Of a stretch of 64,000 nucleotides of DNA, positions 39,531 to 52,760 are shown piece after piece; within the stretch, counting starts at the first letter, position 1, and each line of letters begins with the position of its first letter. The notes under the pieces were generated by a model. It was not told the DNA's origin, ran no database searches, and saw only the letters and a program-made list of their open reading frames with translations. The DNA is taken from assembly GCF_009914755.1 (NCBI RefSeq), contig NC_060940.1. The stretch is one strand, 5' to 3'. The position numbers were made by a program, and so were the translations under genes. The DNA is from the human T2T-CHM13v2.0 reference genome, Homo sapiens.

Positions 39531-41739
39531 AAGACCCCCTCCTCCTCTCTATAGCCAAAAGTGGAAAAATGAAGCAAGAAAGTCTTCTGTGTTAATTAAG
39601 AAGATGACGCTAGAAAACATCTAGTTTTAGTATTTCTTCTATCCGTGAGATTCTGTGTTTCTCAGAGTTACTTCCTCGTAGGCAGCTGCAGGCATTTTTG
39701 GCTGTGGCATGCATTTCTGCCACGTAGAAAGATAAAGCATATGTGTCTGATGAAGAAAATTCAAGTGGGTTCATTGATAATTTGGGAAGCTGGAGTTAGG
39801 AGAAGGCTAGAACCCCTTCTAGGGTGGTTGCTTGAATTGGCATTACTGAATTTTAATTCACTTCTCTATAGTAGAAGTTTCCCCTAAATGTATTTTATTC
39901 ACATACACTCACAAAGTTTTATTCAGTGGAGAAACATTTGTAATATAAACCTGCAAATTTTTCTAGATTTCTTAGAGTCAGTCATCTGCTTGTCAGCATT
40001 TCAGGCTAGAAGGCACTACAAATTAACCTGAGATAACTGAAGCAAAATCTCTGTGCTTGGCATAATTGTTAGGAAAAATCAATTTCTTTTGAAAGGTAAA
40101 CACAGGCCCTGTGAACAGCTGATGGGCCAGCTGAAGTCACTTTTCACTGGATTTGTGATAACTTTCAGATTCATAGGCTAGAAGAAAGCTCAAAGAAAAT
40201 GGATGGAAAGGTTGGGAAGGCTAAAATAAATTCCTGGTATAGCTAATTTCTATAAAAACAAGTGTTTTTCAGTAAATAGATTCAATCTGCAACAAAATGA
40301 GACATTGGTTTGCTAATTTCTTACTGTATCATACTGCAATGGTTTGATCTTTACAAATTGCATTTCCTTTTCATCCACATCCAGCTACATTTGTAGGCCT
40401 CACCTTACCTATCCACCCCTGCTGTGATATTTTTGGACTAAGAAGTAACCACCTACTCTCAATCTGAAAGTTTCTTGGTGAAGAAAAACAAAACACAGAA
40501 ATCCTAAAAGAGAAGTGCCATCACTTTCCCAATGGCAGTTGGACTCACTGTTTAAGTAATATGTAAATGGAAACCGAAACTGTGGGGATGCTGCCTTTAA
40601 AACTGCCCAAGAGTGCCCCTTTCCCCATCACTAGCCCACAATGCCTGCATCATGCACATTATGAAGAAGTATGGCAAATGGAGAACAGCTGTGGGAAGAT
40701 ATAAACATAATCCACAAATGGCTCAGAAGAGAAGGTACCAGACAATTGGTCCTGTGATATGTTCTACGGTGCCGATTCTCAGAGGACATTTTTAGAGAAT
40801 GATTTTGCTTTCTAGCTTGGGCTCACTCATAACAGCCATAAATATACCCAAACTTTGTCTTCATTCAGTCATTGATTCAGTAGATTATTGGAATCATGAG
40901 GCCAAAAAGTTTTGTTTTGTTTCATTTTAGTTCTTTAATGGTTCTCAAAGTAGCATCATAAAGAAGCTGCTTTTTTGGACCCTAGCAATGTCTGGAAGAA
41001 GCAGTAGCTCTCTTTGACAAATGAAGGAGCTGAGGCCCTGTGAGACAGAACAACTGCTTGGAGTCAACTCTGAAGACAGACAGAGGTCCCCCAGCTCTGA
41101 GGACACAGCTGTCCTTGGATTCCAAGATCCCTAACTTGTCGGCCAGTTCTGATTCCTACACACCGCTACTGAGCCACTTAAGTCTCTCTCAGCCTCAGTT
41201 TCCAGATCATTGCTTTGTCTACCACACAGGGCCTGAGAGAGATCAGATGAAATTAGATGAGAGAGGGCTCTGGACACTGGTGAAGCCACACATGGGTAAA
41301 ATGACCTTGAAGGGAGCCCCACGTGCTCACAGGGTGGCCCTTGAGCCACATCAAAGGCTTGCACTTCCTGAGTCATTGTTTGTGTGTTTATGGATGAGTT
41401 CCTGTAGCGGTCACCCAGCCCCAGTGCCCTGATAGCTCTGAAGCATGCGCTCCAGGGTGGGGCCAGCATCACGAGACACCGAGGGGAGATGGGAGGGTTG
41501 TGGGGGTGGGAGGAAAAGCCTTGTTTACTCCCAGAGAGCTTGCCTGCCAGGCTTGGGGCCAGGATATCTATGCACCTTAGGTCAGGTGTTGCACCCAGAA
41601 AAGGCTGCAGAGGGCAGCACCTCGGGAAGAAATCCAGGCACTTGCCTTCTAGCCTAACCCTTCCCCATTCCCATTCCACACCTTCACTGTGCTTCAGCTG
41701 TTCTTCTTCTAAGTGAGCCTGTAATGCAGAGAAAAGAGC

Positions 41740-41885
41740 ACCGATAGGTTCTAGTCCCTGTGTTTATCCACTGACTTACTGTCATGTCCCTTACCTTCCC
41801 TGGGACTCAGTTTCCTCATCTGCAAAATTGGGATACTACTTCATCTATATACTGCCACTGAAATTTTGTGAGGGTCAGTTCAGAC
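41740..41885 (+). mobile_element. MIR
   Basis: ccttaccttccctgggactcagtttcctcatctgcaaaattgggata. Confidence 0.7.
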
Positions 41886-41992
41886 CAAACTCATGTATGT
41901 GTATCTCTCTGTGTGTGCATGACTGTGCATGCAAGTGCACAGGTGAGAGACAAACAGAGACAGAAAGAAACTGAGAGAATGAGAGTGAGAGA

Positions 41993-42132
41993 GGCCAGGC
42001 ACAGTGGCTCATGCCTGTAATCCCAGCACTTCAGCAGGCTGATGCGGGAGGATTGCTTCAGTGCAGGAGATCAAGAACAGCCTGGGCAACATAGCGAGAT
42101 GCTGCCTCTACAAAATAAATAAAATAAAATAA
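41993..42132 (+). mobile_element. FLAM / Alu left monomer
   Basis: Monomeric Alu with (TAAAA)n tail; TSD GAGAGTGAGAGA at 41981-41992 and 42133-42144. Confidence 0.9.
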
Positions 42133-42188
42133 GAGAGTGAGAGAAAACCTTGAGAAGTGTAACACCCTATGCAAATACAAAGTATTTT

Positions 42189-42815
42189 TTTTCTTTTTCT
42201 TCCTTTTTTTAAATTTATTTATTTATTTATTTTTTTATTATTATACTTTAAGTTTTAGGGTACATGTGCACCTTGTGCAGGTTGGTTACATATGTATACA
42301 TGTGCCATGCTGGTACATTGCACCCACTAACTCGTCATCTAGCATTAGGTATATCTCCCAATGCTATCCCTCCCCCCTCCCCCCACCCCACCACAGTCCC
42401 CAGAGTATGATATTCCCCTTCCTGTGTCCATGTGATCTCAATGTTCAATTCCCACCTATGAGTGAGAATATGCGGTGTTTGGTTTTTTGTTCTTGCGATA
42501 GTTTACTGAGAATGATGATTTCCAATTTCATCCATCCAGCCATGAACTCATCGTTTTTTATGGCTGCATAGTATTCCATGGTGTATATGTGCCACATTTT
42601 CTTAATCCAGTCTATCATTGTTGGACATTTGGGTTGGTTCCAAGTCTTTGCTATTGTGAATAATGCCGCAATAAACATACGTGTGCATGTGTCTTTATAG
42701 CAGCATGATTTATAGTCATTTGGGTATATACCCAGTAATGGGATGGCTGGGTCAAATGGTATTTCTAGTTCTAGATCCCTGAGGAAACGCCACACTGACT
42801 TCCACAATGGTTGAA
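42189..42815 (-). mobile_element. 5'-truncated L1PA2-like 3' fragment inserted in an Alu tail
   Basis: Diagnostics ggggaatatc, gatgacgagttag and cccaaatgactat on the minus strand; T-rich tail at left. Confidence 0.88.
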
Positions 42816-43111
42816 TTTTTTTTTTTTTAGACAGAGTCTCACTCTGTTGCTGAGGCTGGAATGGAGTGATGCATTCTCAGCTCCCTGCAACCTCTTCCTC
42901 CCAGCTTCAAGCGATTTTCATGCCTCAGCCTCCCGAGTAGCTGGAACTACAGGCATGCACCACCACACCCAGCTAATTTTTGTATTTCTAGCAGAGAAAT
43001 ACAGTTTCGCCATGTTGGCCAGGCCGGTCTGAAGCTCATGGCCTCAAATGATCTGCCCGCATCAGCCTCTCAAAGTTCTGGGATTATAGGCATGAGTCAC
43101 TGTGCCTGGCT
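42816..43111 (-). mobile_element. Old Alu (Sz/Jb-like), antisense
   Basis: TSD CAAAGTATTTT at 42178-42188 and 43113-43123 brackets the L1 plus Alu. Confidence 0.9.
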
Positions 43112-44305
43112 GCAAAGTATTTTCTTTAAAGCTGACATTATCTGAGCTTTGGAAAATTCAGAGACCCCAATGGATATAATGTGATATTTTTTGTTCCAAG
43201 GTTCCCTGAGCTCAGTAGAGATCTTGCCTGAGTTGTCCTTCGGATATTCTAGGATACCCATTTTACAGATGTGTGGAGGGAGATAGAGGTAGGACCAAGG
43301 AGATTGGCAGGATGTGTACTCATTTTCCAAACCACTTCCAAACGATGGCCAAGAAGAAATGCAATGAAGGAATGCACTCTGATTGATCCCTGGCATAGTT
43401 AAACAATGGCTCTTAATGCAGTCTGGATGGGGGCAGTGTGGGGTGGGGGTGGATTGAGTGCTTACTACATGCTAGGTGCTCACCATCCTGTTGACAACTG
43501 CTGATGAGTATAAATTGCCTTCCTCAGAACAGGCAGGCTTTCTTGTCCTGTCAAATGGGATAGTTTAGCAAAGTGAGCCAGAACTCAAAACTGGAAAAAA
43601 TATCAAGCTTGTTTTCTAAAGTTTGAATCAAACCATATATTTTTTTTCCCTTGAGTTACAAAGGAAAGCTAAGTTACAGCTTCTCACTTATCCCCAACAT
43701 CCGCTAATAGATCCATTCCAATATGAATCAACTTATTCCTTTTTTCACAATAACTAGTGTACTATAAAAAAATCTAAATTCCATCATATTATCTGAACTG
43801 ACTGGATTTGGTCTGAGGCCAAGGTTGTGCCACAGAAGAAAAGGCCACACCCAATTAGGACATCACCAGAGTTTCAAGGTCTTTGTCTGAGCCCAGTCAG
43901 GAGAAGCAACCAGAAAGCTTCTGGCCCACATCTGGAGCAACTCACAATACTGATGCTTCTTTAGGGGAGGAAGAGAAAAGGACAGCTTTCTGGGACATAC
44001 ACTAATAATACCTAACCACTTACAACCCAGATAGGATTGGCATGTCTGATGGAGTCAGGACATCCCAACCAGGGCCACATTATACAGATTAAACAGGATT
44101 AGGAAGTGCCACAGCCAGCATGCCAGCATCCTGCTTCACCCACTTTGCCCCTTAGTGGGCCTGTGGGTGAGCCAGCGTGGGCTGAGAGACCTGGTTAGCT
44201 CGGGTCATTCATGGCAGCATCTCAATTAATTTTGTCATTGAAGTCACCCTTTGGTCATCAGCTTGGAGGCAGCAATGGCTGACAGTGAAAAGAGACCTTG
44301 GTACT

Positions 44306-44604
44306 TGTTATGGGTTTAACGTCTTTTGTCCCCCTGGCTCCTAAAAGATATGTTGAAGTCTTAACCCCCCAGTACCTCAAAATGTGATCTTATTTGGAAA
44401 GAGCCAAGAACGCCAAAGATTGCCTTCAAACCCAGAAGCTGGAAGAGGTGACAAAAGTTCCCCTGAAGGTTTCAGAGGGAACATGGCCCTGCTGACACCT
44501 TGATTTCAGACTTAGGGTTTCCAGAACTGTGGAATGATACATTTCTGTTGTTTTAAGACACCAGCTTGAAGTACTTGAGGTAACAGTCTTAGAAAACCAA
44601 TACA
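44306..44604 (+). mobile_element. MLT1C/D-like MaLR LTR (internally deleted)
   Basis: tgttatggg...aatgtgatcttatttggaaa...ccctgctgacaccttgattt...aaccaataca; TSD G(T/C)ACT. Confidence 0.85.
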
Positions 44605-45014
44605 GCACTTTATGTGAACATACTGTTTCCAAAGATAGAGCTGAACAAGCTTCAGCAACAACCTTCAGATCCTCAGCCCTCTACTGCAGAAGCACATGCA
44701 ACTGGGCAGTGTGCACGTTAGAAGGATGCTTTCCCAGTCGCTCCTGACTATCCAGCACAACATCGGGTCAGACCCTGAATGCCGAGTCAGACAGTCAACA
44801 AAGTAGGTTGGTGCCGGCACTGTGCTAGCAGCTAGGGGTATATGGTGAGTAAGACGATGAACAAAGTCTTGGCATTGGTGAGAGCAGAGAGAAGCCTGAA
44901 GAATGAAAAGGTGGGGCAGAAATCAGCACCTTGTTCTTGGTCAAAACCTTCACCAGAGGTAAAAGGTCATGAGCTATCCATTCTGCTGGGTAGTCTAAGT
45001 TCTTGATCATGGAG

Positions 45015-45420
45015 CACTTGTCATTCACTGGATACTTAGGATAAAATCTAGAGTCCTCATCCTGGCCCTTGGCCTCCCTCAGGTCAGGGCCCTGACTGTC
45101 TTTCCAGAAGCTTCTCTCACTCTTTCCTCTCCTCACAACCTTCACTCTAGCCATACTGGTCCCCTAATGCCTCCATCATTTACAGGCTGGTCCCTCTGCC
45201 TACAGATGTTTTTCTCTTCCTCTTTGCTTGGAGAATGCCACTTCTCAGGTCTTAGTCCCAACAAATCTGACCCCACAGACCAGGTCAGATCCCCTGGTAC
45301 ATGTTCTAATTGCACCCAGGAATTCTAGTCACAGGCCACATTCTACATGTCATTAATTAACATCTTTGTTCTCTTATCACCTATATGCTTCTAAGGGCCA
45401 AGACCAGGTCTGGCCCAAGG
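45015..45420 (+). mobile_element. L2 fragment
   Basis: cttaggataaaatc...ctctagccatactggtcc...ggtccctctgcct; approximate. Confidence 0.5.
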
Positions 45421-48400
45421 AGAAATGCCAACTCCAGCCTCAGCTCACAGAAACTGCTGCTGCCCCCCAAAATGGTGAAGGTCTTTATTTCATGACACAC
45501 CTTTCTCCTCTGGCAGCACAAAACAAAACAAAACAAGACAAAAACAGAACCCTGCTAGGCAATTTGAGTCTGTGCCCAGCCTCTAGCCCATATGTGGCTT
45601 GTAAAACTGGAGAAAGTGCCTGTTGCTAAGGCCTCCCAGGGTTTCATCTGGCTACCCTGGGAGGCTAGGTTTCCCAGCCCACTCTGGAACCCAATCAATG
45701 TATAGAGGCCCCAGATTCTGGGCTGGGTCCCTGCAAGAACTCACGGTGTGTCCTGGGTCACTCAGAGTGTGCTGAGCTGGGCCAGCCCTGGTCTGGCTTC
45801 CTGGCCTTCTGTTGATGAAAAAGCCAAATTCTGTAAAACATTTGAAGAGATTTATTTTGAGCCAAATGTGAGGACCATGACCCATAACACAGCCTCAGAA
45901 GTTCCTGAGAACATGTACCCAAGGCAGTTGGGTTACAGCTTGGTTTTACACATTTTAGGGAATCATAAAATGTCAATCAATACATCTAAGGTATGCATGG
46001 GTTCAGTCTGGGTGGGGAAAAGGGAGGTTTACAGGTTATAGGTGGATTCAAAGATTTTCTGATTGGCAATTGGTTGAAAGAGTTAAGGTAATATCTAAAG
46101 ACCTGGAATCAATAGAAAGGAGTGTCTAGATTAAGATAAGGGGTTGTGGAAACCAAGGTTCTTATTATGTAGATGAAGTCTCGAGGTGGCCATTCTTAAA
46201 GGAATAGATGGCAAATGTTTCCTATTCAGACTTTTAAAAGGTGCTAAACCTCAACTAATCTCTTCAGGATCAGAAAAAGACCTGGAAAGGGAAGAGAATT
46301 CTCTACACAATGTAAATTTCCCCCATAAGAGACAACTTTGCAGGGCCATTTCAAAATATGTCAAAGAATATATTTTGGAGTGCAATACTTTATTTTCTTT
46401 AAGGGCCTGCTATTTGTCATGTGATGCTATACTAGATGTCTGACTAGAGTCAGGTTGGAATTCAGTATCTCGTTGCTACAGAGTATGTGTTGTTAATGTT
46501 AAGATCTCTGTTTTCATGTTAATGCTGGTCAGTTGTGCCTGAATTCCAAAGGGAGGAGGGTATAATTGTTATAGTAGATAGTCAGACATAAACAGGATAG
46601 GAAATGGCTATCCCCGTCCCCACAAAGGAATGTCACGTGACCATCAGGTGATGGTCAGGTGGTTGTTAAACTGACTCTCTAAAATAATATTTGGTCACAG
46701 CTGGTGCCAGGGAAAGGCTGTCTCCCAGTAGATAGAAAACATCTGAAGCTGGTGATTAGCAGCTTCCGATAAGATCTCAGGAGTTGGGTGAGGGGAACCA
46801 AGCATGCACACTAAGAGGCAAAATGGCAGAGTTTACCTGGTATATGACCTTATAGGAACCCTCGACTAGTAAGGGAAGAGAGCCCCAAGTGAGCATGTGC
46901 ACAACTTAAGTAAACTCACAGCATGCAACCCTTCCCAAGCACTGGCATGCTACTGTGCATGCAGACAGCCCGCTCCAAGGGAAGAATCAGGGGAGATGCA
47001 ACCCCCAGAAGCATGCCAATGTATAAAGCCCAAATCAAAGGTTGGACCACATAGTTGAATCTCTCAAGTAGCCCTCTTAGCCCTCTTCCAGGTGTACTTT
47101 ACTTCCTATCGTTCCTGTCTAAAACCTTTTAATACATTTTCACTTCTGTTCTAAAACTTGCCTTGGTCTCTCACTTTGCTTTATGCCCCTCAGTCAGATT
47201 CTTTTTTCTGAGGAGGAAAGAATTGAGGTTGCTGCAGACTCATACAGACTCACCACTGCTAACATACTTTGGTGTTGCATGACTTGGATATGTTTCCTGG
47301 TGGTAAGATACCTCTATGCCTCGCCTTCTTCAGCTGGAGCATGCACAGTAAGAGACAAAATGGTGAAGTTCACTTGGTATATGACCTTCCTCTAGGAATA
47401 CTCAACTGGTAAGGGAAGACCGCCTCAAGTGATCATGTGCACAACTTCAGTAAACACACATGCATGTGGACAGGCCACCCCAAAGAAAGAATCCGGGAAG
47501 AAGAGATGCAACCCTTCCTACCTGGAAGCATGCCCATTCATAAAACCCAAGTCAAAGGTCAAACCATGCACTTGAATCTCTCAAGTTGCCCATACATGTC
47601 TGGAGGCATTCAACCCTGTATACAGTTTCCTTCTCCCCATTCACTCTCCTGCTTACTAACCAACCCCCAGAATGATTCCTCTCGACCCCAGTGGCTCTGC
47701 TTCCTCCAGCTTATTTCTCAGCTCACTCTGACAGGTGGCTCATGAGGGTGGGAATGACCTTGGAATCTGCACCAAGTAGACCTGAGACTCTAATGGCCCT
47801 CCTGTGCAGGAGGCTCATGAAAATGGCAGAGCTAAAGCCTAAAACTGTTCAATGTCTGGGATTTCCTCTGCTTTTTCAGCTGAAATCAGTTCTTTCCCAA
47901 AAACCTGCCTTGCCTATTCTCTTGGTTTCTCTGTATGTATTCCAAAATGGCCTTGCACACCCACCAGACTGTCCACCTAAGGGGCAAGTCTGCCTTTTCT
48001 GCTTTCACTTGGCATGCTGCGTGACTTCCTTCTCTGCCCTGAAAACACTCCCTGTTATGCATGCACTCATGGCTTTTGCTGCATTTGCATGGCAGCAAAG
48101 ACATGGTCTCCCTTGCAGATATCCCCTGAGATTTGTGCTGTTTTTACCCTACCAGCTCAGATGACCTCCAACCCTTCACCTGTCTGCTGGAATATTGCTG
48201 GGACAGACACTCATCAGAAGCCCAGCTCTGCCAGCTCCTTATGACTTACCATATGCTTTTGGTTCCTGTTACACATCAGGGCTAAGTTCTCCTGTGGCTT
48301 TTGAAGCAGTTTGTCTGACTGAATAGGGCCTCACTCTGGGACCCTTTGAAGACCCCCATCTGGATTTTTTGAGTTAGCACCCACTCCTTTGGGAGGAGAA

Positions 48401-49167
48401 GATATTCTTCCTTTGCCATTTGTGAGCCCTTATCCCAGGGCCCAAGTCCTCTGGAGATTCCTCTTGATGTCAACAGGGTAAATAAATGTCACCCTCTGGA
48501 ATCCAAGGGCTGCTGTTTTTATAAGTATATGAAGGCTTTTCATGAACATTCCTCTTGCTTCCTCCCACTTCCTCCTGTAGCCTCTATTTCTCTAATCACT
48601 TCCACACCCTTCTCAGTATGTATCAAGACCTTCAAGATCATATTCAAAGGGAGGGAAGTCCATCCCTCTTGCAGCAGTTAGCTGAGAAACAGGCTTCTTG
48701 TTTACCTAAAGAACATGGGAAATGGGAATCTGAGAAAAGAGATAATCATTTTGTTGTGAGAATGCTCCATGTGAGAGTCACTATAATGTCATGAAGACAA
48801 GGATATAGGCTGGCCCAAGGCTTCAGGTACAAGAGACCTATAGGACAGAGATGAAGTTTGGTCCCAGGCTAACAGATTACCATTAGAACAGAGATGAAGG
48901 CAAGATTAGGGGTATATGGCAATACCAGTTCATTCCAGAACCCCAATGATGAATAGGGGCCCTCCTGTTCACTCCAGTACCTATTCTGTTCTCAGGTGGG
49001 TAATTGTGATGAGATGGGACCTAGGTTAAGGGTACATGGTAAGAGCAGTTCATTCTGTAACCCTAAGGATGAATGGGGGATGCCCTGTTCAGGGTAATAG
49101 GAAAGTAAGAGGTGATGTCATCTTTTTCCTTTTTCCTTTTTTTCTCCTCTGTTCTCTTTTTTGCAGA

Positions 49168-49686
49168 TGGATAATCATGTCTCCCTACCATAGGACATTC
49201 CCCTTGGGTGCATCCTGAAGAACTGGGAAAAGTTTGATCCCCAAAATCTTAAAACAAAACCTAGGCTCCTTTGTAATACTGTCTGGCCTAAAAATTAACT
49301 GGGATAAAATTATAAAAGTCAGCCTTAGAATTTAGTGTCCTTATGCAGGAAATCCTCAAATTAGCCTCCTCAGTCTTTTATAATCAAGATCAGGATGAGG
49401 ACAGGGCTAAGAAAAAGGATAAATGCAGGAACAAGAGGCAGGCTCAACTATTGGCTTTTCTGCAAGCCTACCAATCCCCTCCACATTGGCCTCAGAATAC
49501 CCTCCCAGGTAACTGCCATCAGTGCAGGAAGCCAGGCCACTGGAACGCAAACTGCCCCAATGGGATAAATGAAAGGCCCACATGGCTTGCCCCCTCTGCC
49601 ACAAGCTTGGACACCGGAATCAGTACTGTCCTGAAGGCTGAATGTTCCCCAGGACAGAATCCCAACCCCTGGTGGCTTTGAGCTGA
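49168..49686 (+). pseudogene. ERV gag remnant (MA N-terminus joined to late CA/NC, two CCHC knuckles)
   Basis: PLGCILKNWEKFDPQNLK (MA); CHQCRKPGHWNANC at 49514-49555; CPLCHKLGHRNQYC at 49588-49629 in a shifted frame. Confidence 0.8.
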
Positions 49687-50099
49687 AGGGGCTCTCCACT
49701 CCAGCAGGCTTCCAAATCAGACATTGTCATCAACAGGACAAGGGAAGCTCTGGAGGCAGAAAGTAAAATGATAAATCTCCATTTTGGTCTCAAGCACTGC
49801 CTACTCTTTGCTAATCTCCTTCTCTAAGCAACTGTCCTCCAAATTCTGTTGGGTAATGGGGGCAAATGCCATACCCTCCCTTCAAAAAAAAGATTCACAC
49901 CCCCTTTATATTACTTAAAGGACCAATTAACATTCTCCCACCAGTTCTTGGTAAAGTCTATATACTCCACGTCTCTTTGGGGCAAAAATATACTTTCAAG
50001 ATGGATACCTACTTAATATTTACCCAACATTTGAATTCATCTTTCCTATTTGTCCGGGGAAAGCTACCTAAATCTTTAATCAATAACTTCAGCCTAGAC

Positions 50100-50280
50100 A
50101 ATCCTACCTCAAGGGTTTAGAAATAGCCCACGCTTATTCATACAAGCTCTAGCAAAACTAACTGAACAATCTTTTGAGGGGGGATAACTTCCACAGTATA
50201 TACATAACCTCCTCATCTGCACCTCCTTCACAGGACTCACACAGCAACGTGCAATACAAATCTTGACTTTCTAACAGAAG
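50100..50280 (+). pseudogene. ERV pol RT remnant
   Basis: LPQGFRNSPRLFIQALA followed by a degenerate QY(I)xxLLIC (YxDD region). Confidence 0.65.
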
Positions 50281-52654
50281 GAAAATGACTTGTCTAATCC
50301 AGAGGTTATAAAGGTAAAGGGGTAGTGTTGGTAAGGAAGGTTATAAAGAAAATAGATATTATATTAAAATGATACATTCTTGTCCTAAACTAAAAATGAC
50401 TGTTTTTTTTAAAAAAAGAGAGATGTTTAGAATAAGTCAGAAAGTCCAAGTATGTCATAGATAGTAATAAAAAGATTTGTGAAAAGGAATTTATAAAATA
50501 AATGTTATACAGTTTTAAAGGTTATTAGTTCTACTAACTGATTTAAGGTCATAAACTGCTACTATGACCCTTAACTGTACAACTTGCCTGCTTTAAAACT
50601 AGGTAAGACCTAAGAACATAGAGTTAGCCATGCCCCCTAGCTATGCTGGAAAGAGTCAGACCTTATCTGCACTTTATCTGGTGTCCTTGGCTCCAAACCT
50701 AGTACATAATTAGAATCATTTACTTAGCAGGTTTTTCACCAAAAGTTAAATTGGCTAAGAGTTAACAGTGTATCATGTACTTGAGGCTACTGGAAAAACA
50801 GTTTTACATGCAAGGCATGTAAGGAAAGTAGAATGTGCTTTTGGCAAAAGATAATAAAAAGGCATGGGAATATAAATTTTTGGGCTAGTTTAGAGAGTTA
50901 AAGGATTGTTTTAAGTTAGATAGGATAAAGCTGAAGATTTGAGGAAGTTGTGGAAGATTTATAAAAGATTAATCTTCTAAAAGAAATTATGTGTGTGAAT
51001 ATATTAGCTAAAATTAAAGGAGTATTATGTAGTCTATCCATATATTGAACATTGAAATAAAAGCACAACCTGATTTTTCTTAAAGCATTATTCTGCACTT
51101 CAACAGAAAATTGTAAGAGGCTTATGAACTTATGGTCAAACTGGTTAAGATTGGATAGATTTGTCTACTAGATTTTTATTAAGAACTGGGTTTGACATCA
51201 ATAGTACACTAATGCAAAGGCACAATTTGGCTTTCTTTGGATTGTACTGGTATAAATGTGTTATTGGCATGCATTCCAAAATTATGCAAAACTCCTATAA
51301 TTCTGATATGATTTAGTATACAAGTAATAATTATAATTATTAATGTTAAATTATTGTGTGATACCAAGGTAACAAATTTCCTTGTCAATTGTATCTTTGA
51401 CTATGGCTACCCTAAGACTTTTTGTCATCCATGAACAATTGTTATGTTGTTTTAATCATCTTTAAAAGCTGGTTTTCTAATCAGGTATAGGACTCTAACA
51501 GGTACTTTTAAATGCAGGTTTCTGATAATTTTGGAGACTGTGACATTAGAATAGGAGAAAAACTTTCAGGACTCTCATGGAGAGCTGAAATGTTTATGAA
51601 TATCAAGCAGAATAAGAGTTAACTGCACGGACTGAACTAATAGAAGACTAAAATAATACTTTTATGAACTTTTGGTTAAAACGTTGCTAATCCTTTGGTT
51701 TTCAAAACCAAGAAAACTTTTCTTTTGAGCTATTTCCAGCTTTTAACAATAGAGTAAAGTGTACTCCTATAAACAAAATTTGGAGAAATTTCTCCAAAAT
51801 TTGGAAACTATGAGTATTCTTAACTTATGGAAATATAGTTATTTGTATAAGTGCAATAAGAATCTGTTTTCTTTTGTAGCAGGACACAATTGGAGTCACT
51901 GGTTATTTTACCAAGGCTTTAACTGGAATGACATGCTTTCCATTAAGGAATCAAATTTGACTTATAGTTTTCCCTTGGGAAAACTGGCCTCATACCTTGC
52001 CTATACACTCCCTGTACAGAATTCCTGACTCGTGGTAAGTAAAGAATGTCAGTTTTTTACAGGCCCAGGAGGCCAAGTTATCTTGGGACCTCAAGAGGAG
52101 AGAAATTTACCCAATTTATACAGGCATTTGATGGCACAGTCCCATGGCTGGACTGAAGGCTTTAAAAAATCTTACCTAAGATGTCTTATGAAATGAAGTT
52201 CCATCAAAGCCAATTTAAAAAGGAACCTATATGGCAAATAACTATTCTTGCTGTGCTTTATGCAAATAATTGGGCAAGTATAACAAGACAAAAGCTATTT
52301 TGCAAACAAATTAGTCCTATCATAATTTGTTTTTAATAAAAATGAGGACTGGAGAGAGAAAAATTATTTTTTAAAGACCATGGTATGCCTGTTATTAGAT
52401 TCTAGTCTAATCAGTTGTTTTTGAGTTTTTGTCTGTAATTTAGACTAACCCTGCTTATTCCTGGAACCAACCAGTGACTCTGGCTGCAGCTCAGATGAAA
52501 CAAGGTGGATCAATATTCTAATTATGGGCATATATTGGAATTGGCTAGCAACCCCATGCACCCAAGTCTTAGCAGGCATGATTATAGCCACCAGCCACCT
52601 GGGCATGTGGGCAGCCTCAGGATTTTTTGGAGCTGTACTCAACCCCTTATTTTA

Positions 52655-52760
52655 TTTTGCCTCTCACCTTCAGACCATCAAGCTCCAGATGATCCTCAGT
52701 GAGGGATGCCATACTCTCAATATTCAAGAGTCACTCTTCTACAGAGAATTCCTAGGCTGC
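52655..52760 (+). pseudogene. ERV env cytoplasmic-tail remnant
   Basis: SHLQTIKLQMILSEG resembles gammaretroviral-like HERV env C-terminus (S-R-I-x-x-I-K-L-Q-M). Confidence 0.5.

Noticed and set aside
41040-41716. Overlapping 130-182 aa ORFs
   Set aside because: No recognisable domain or exon structure; partly MIR-like; expected by chance in GC-richer DNA
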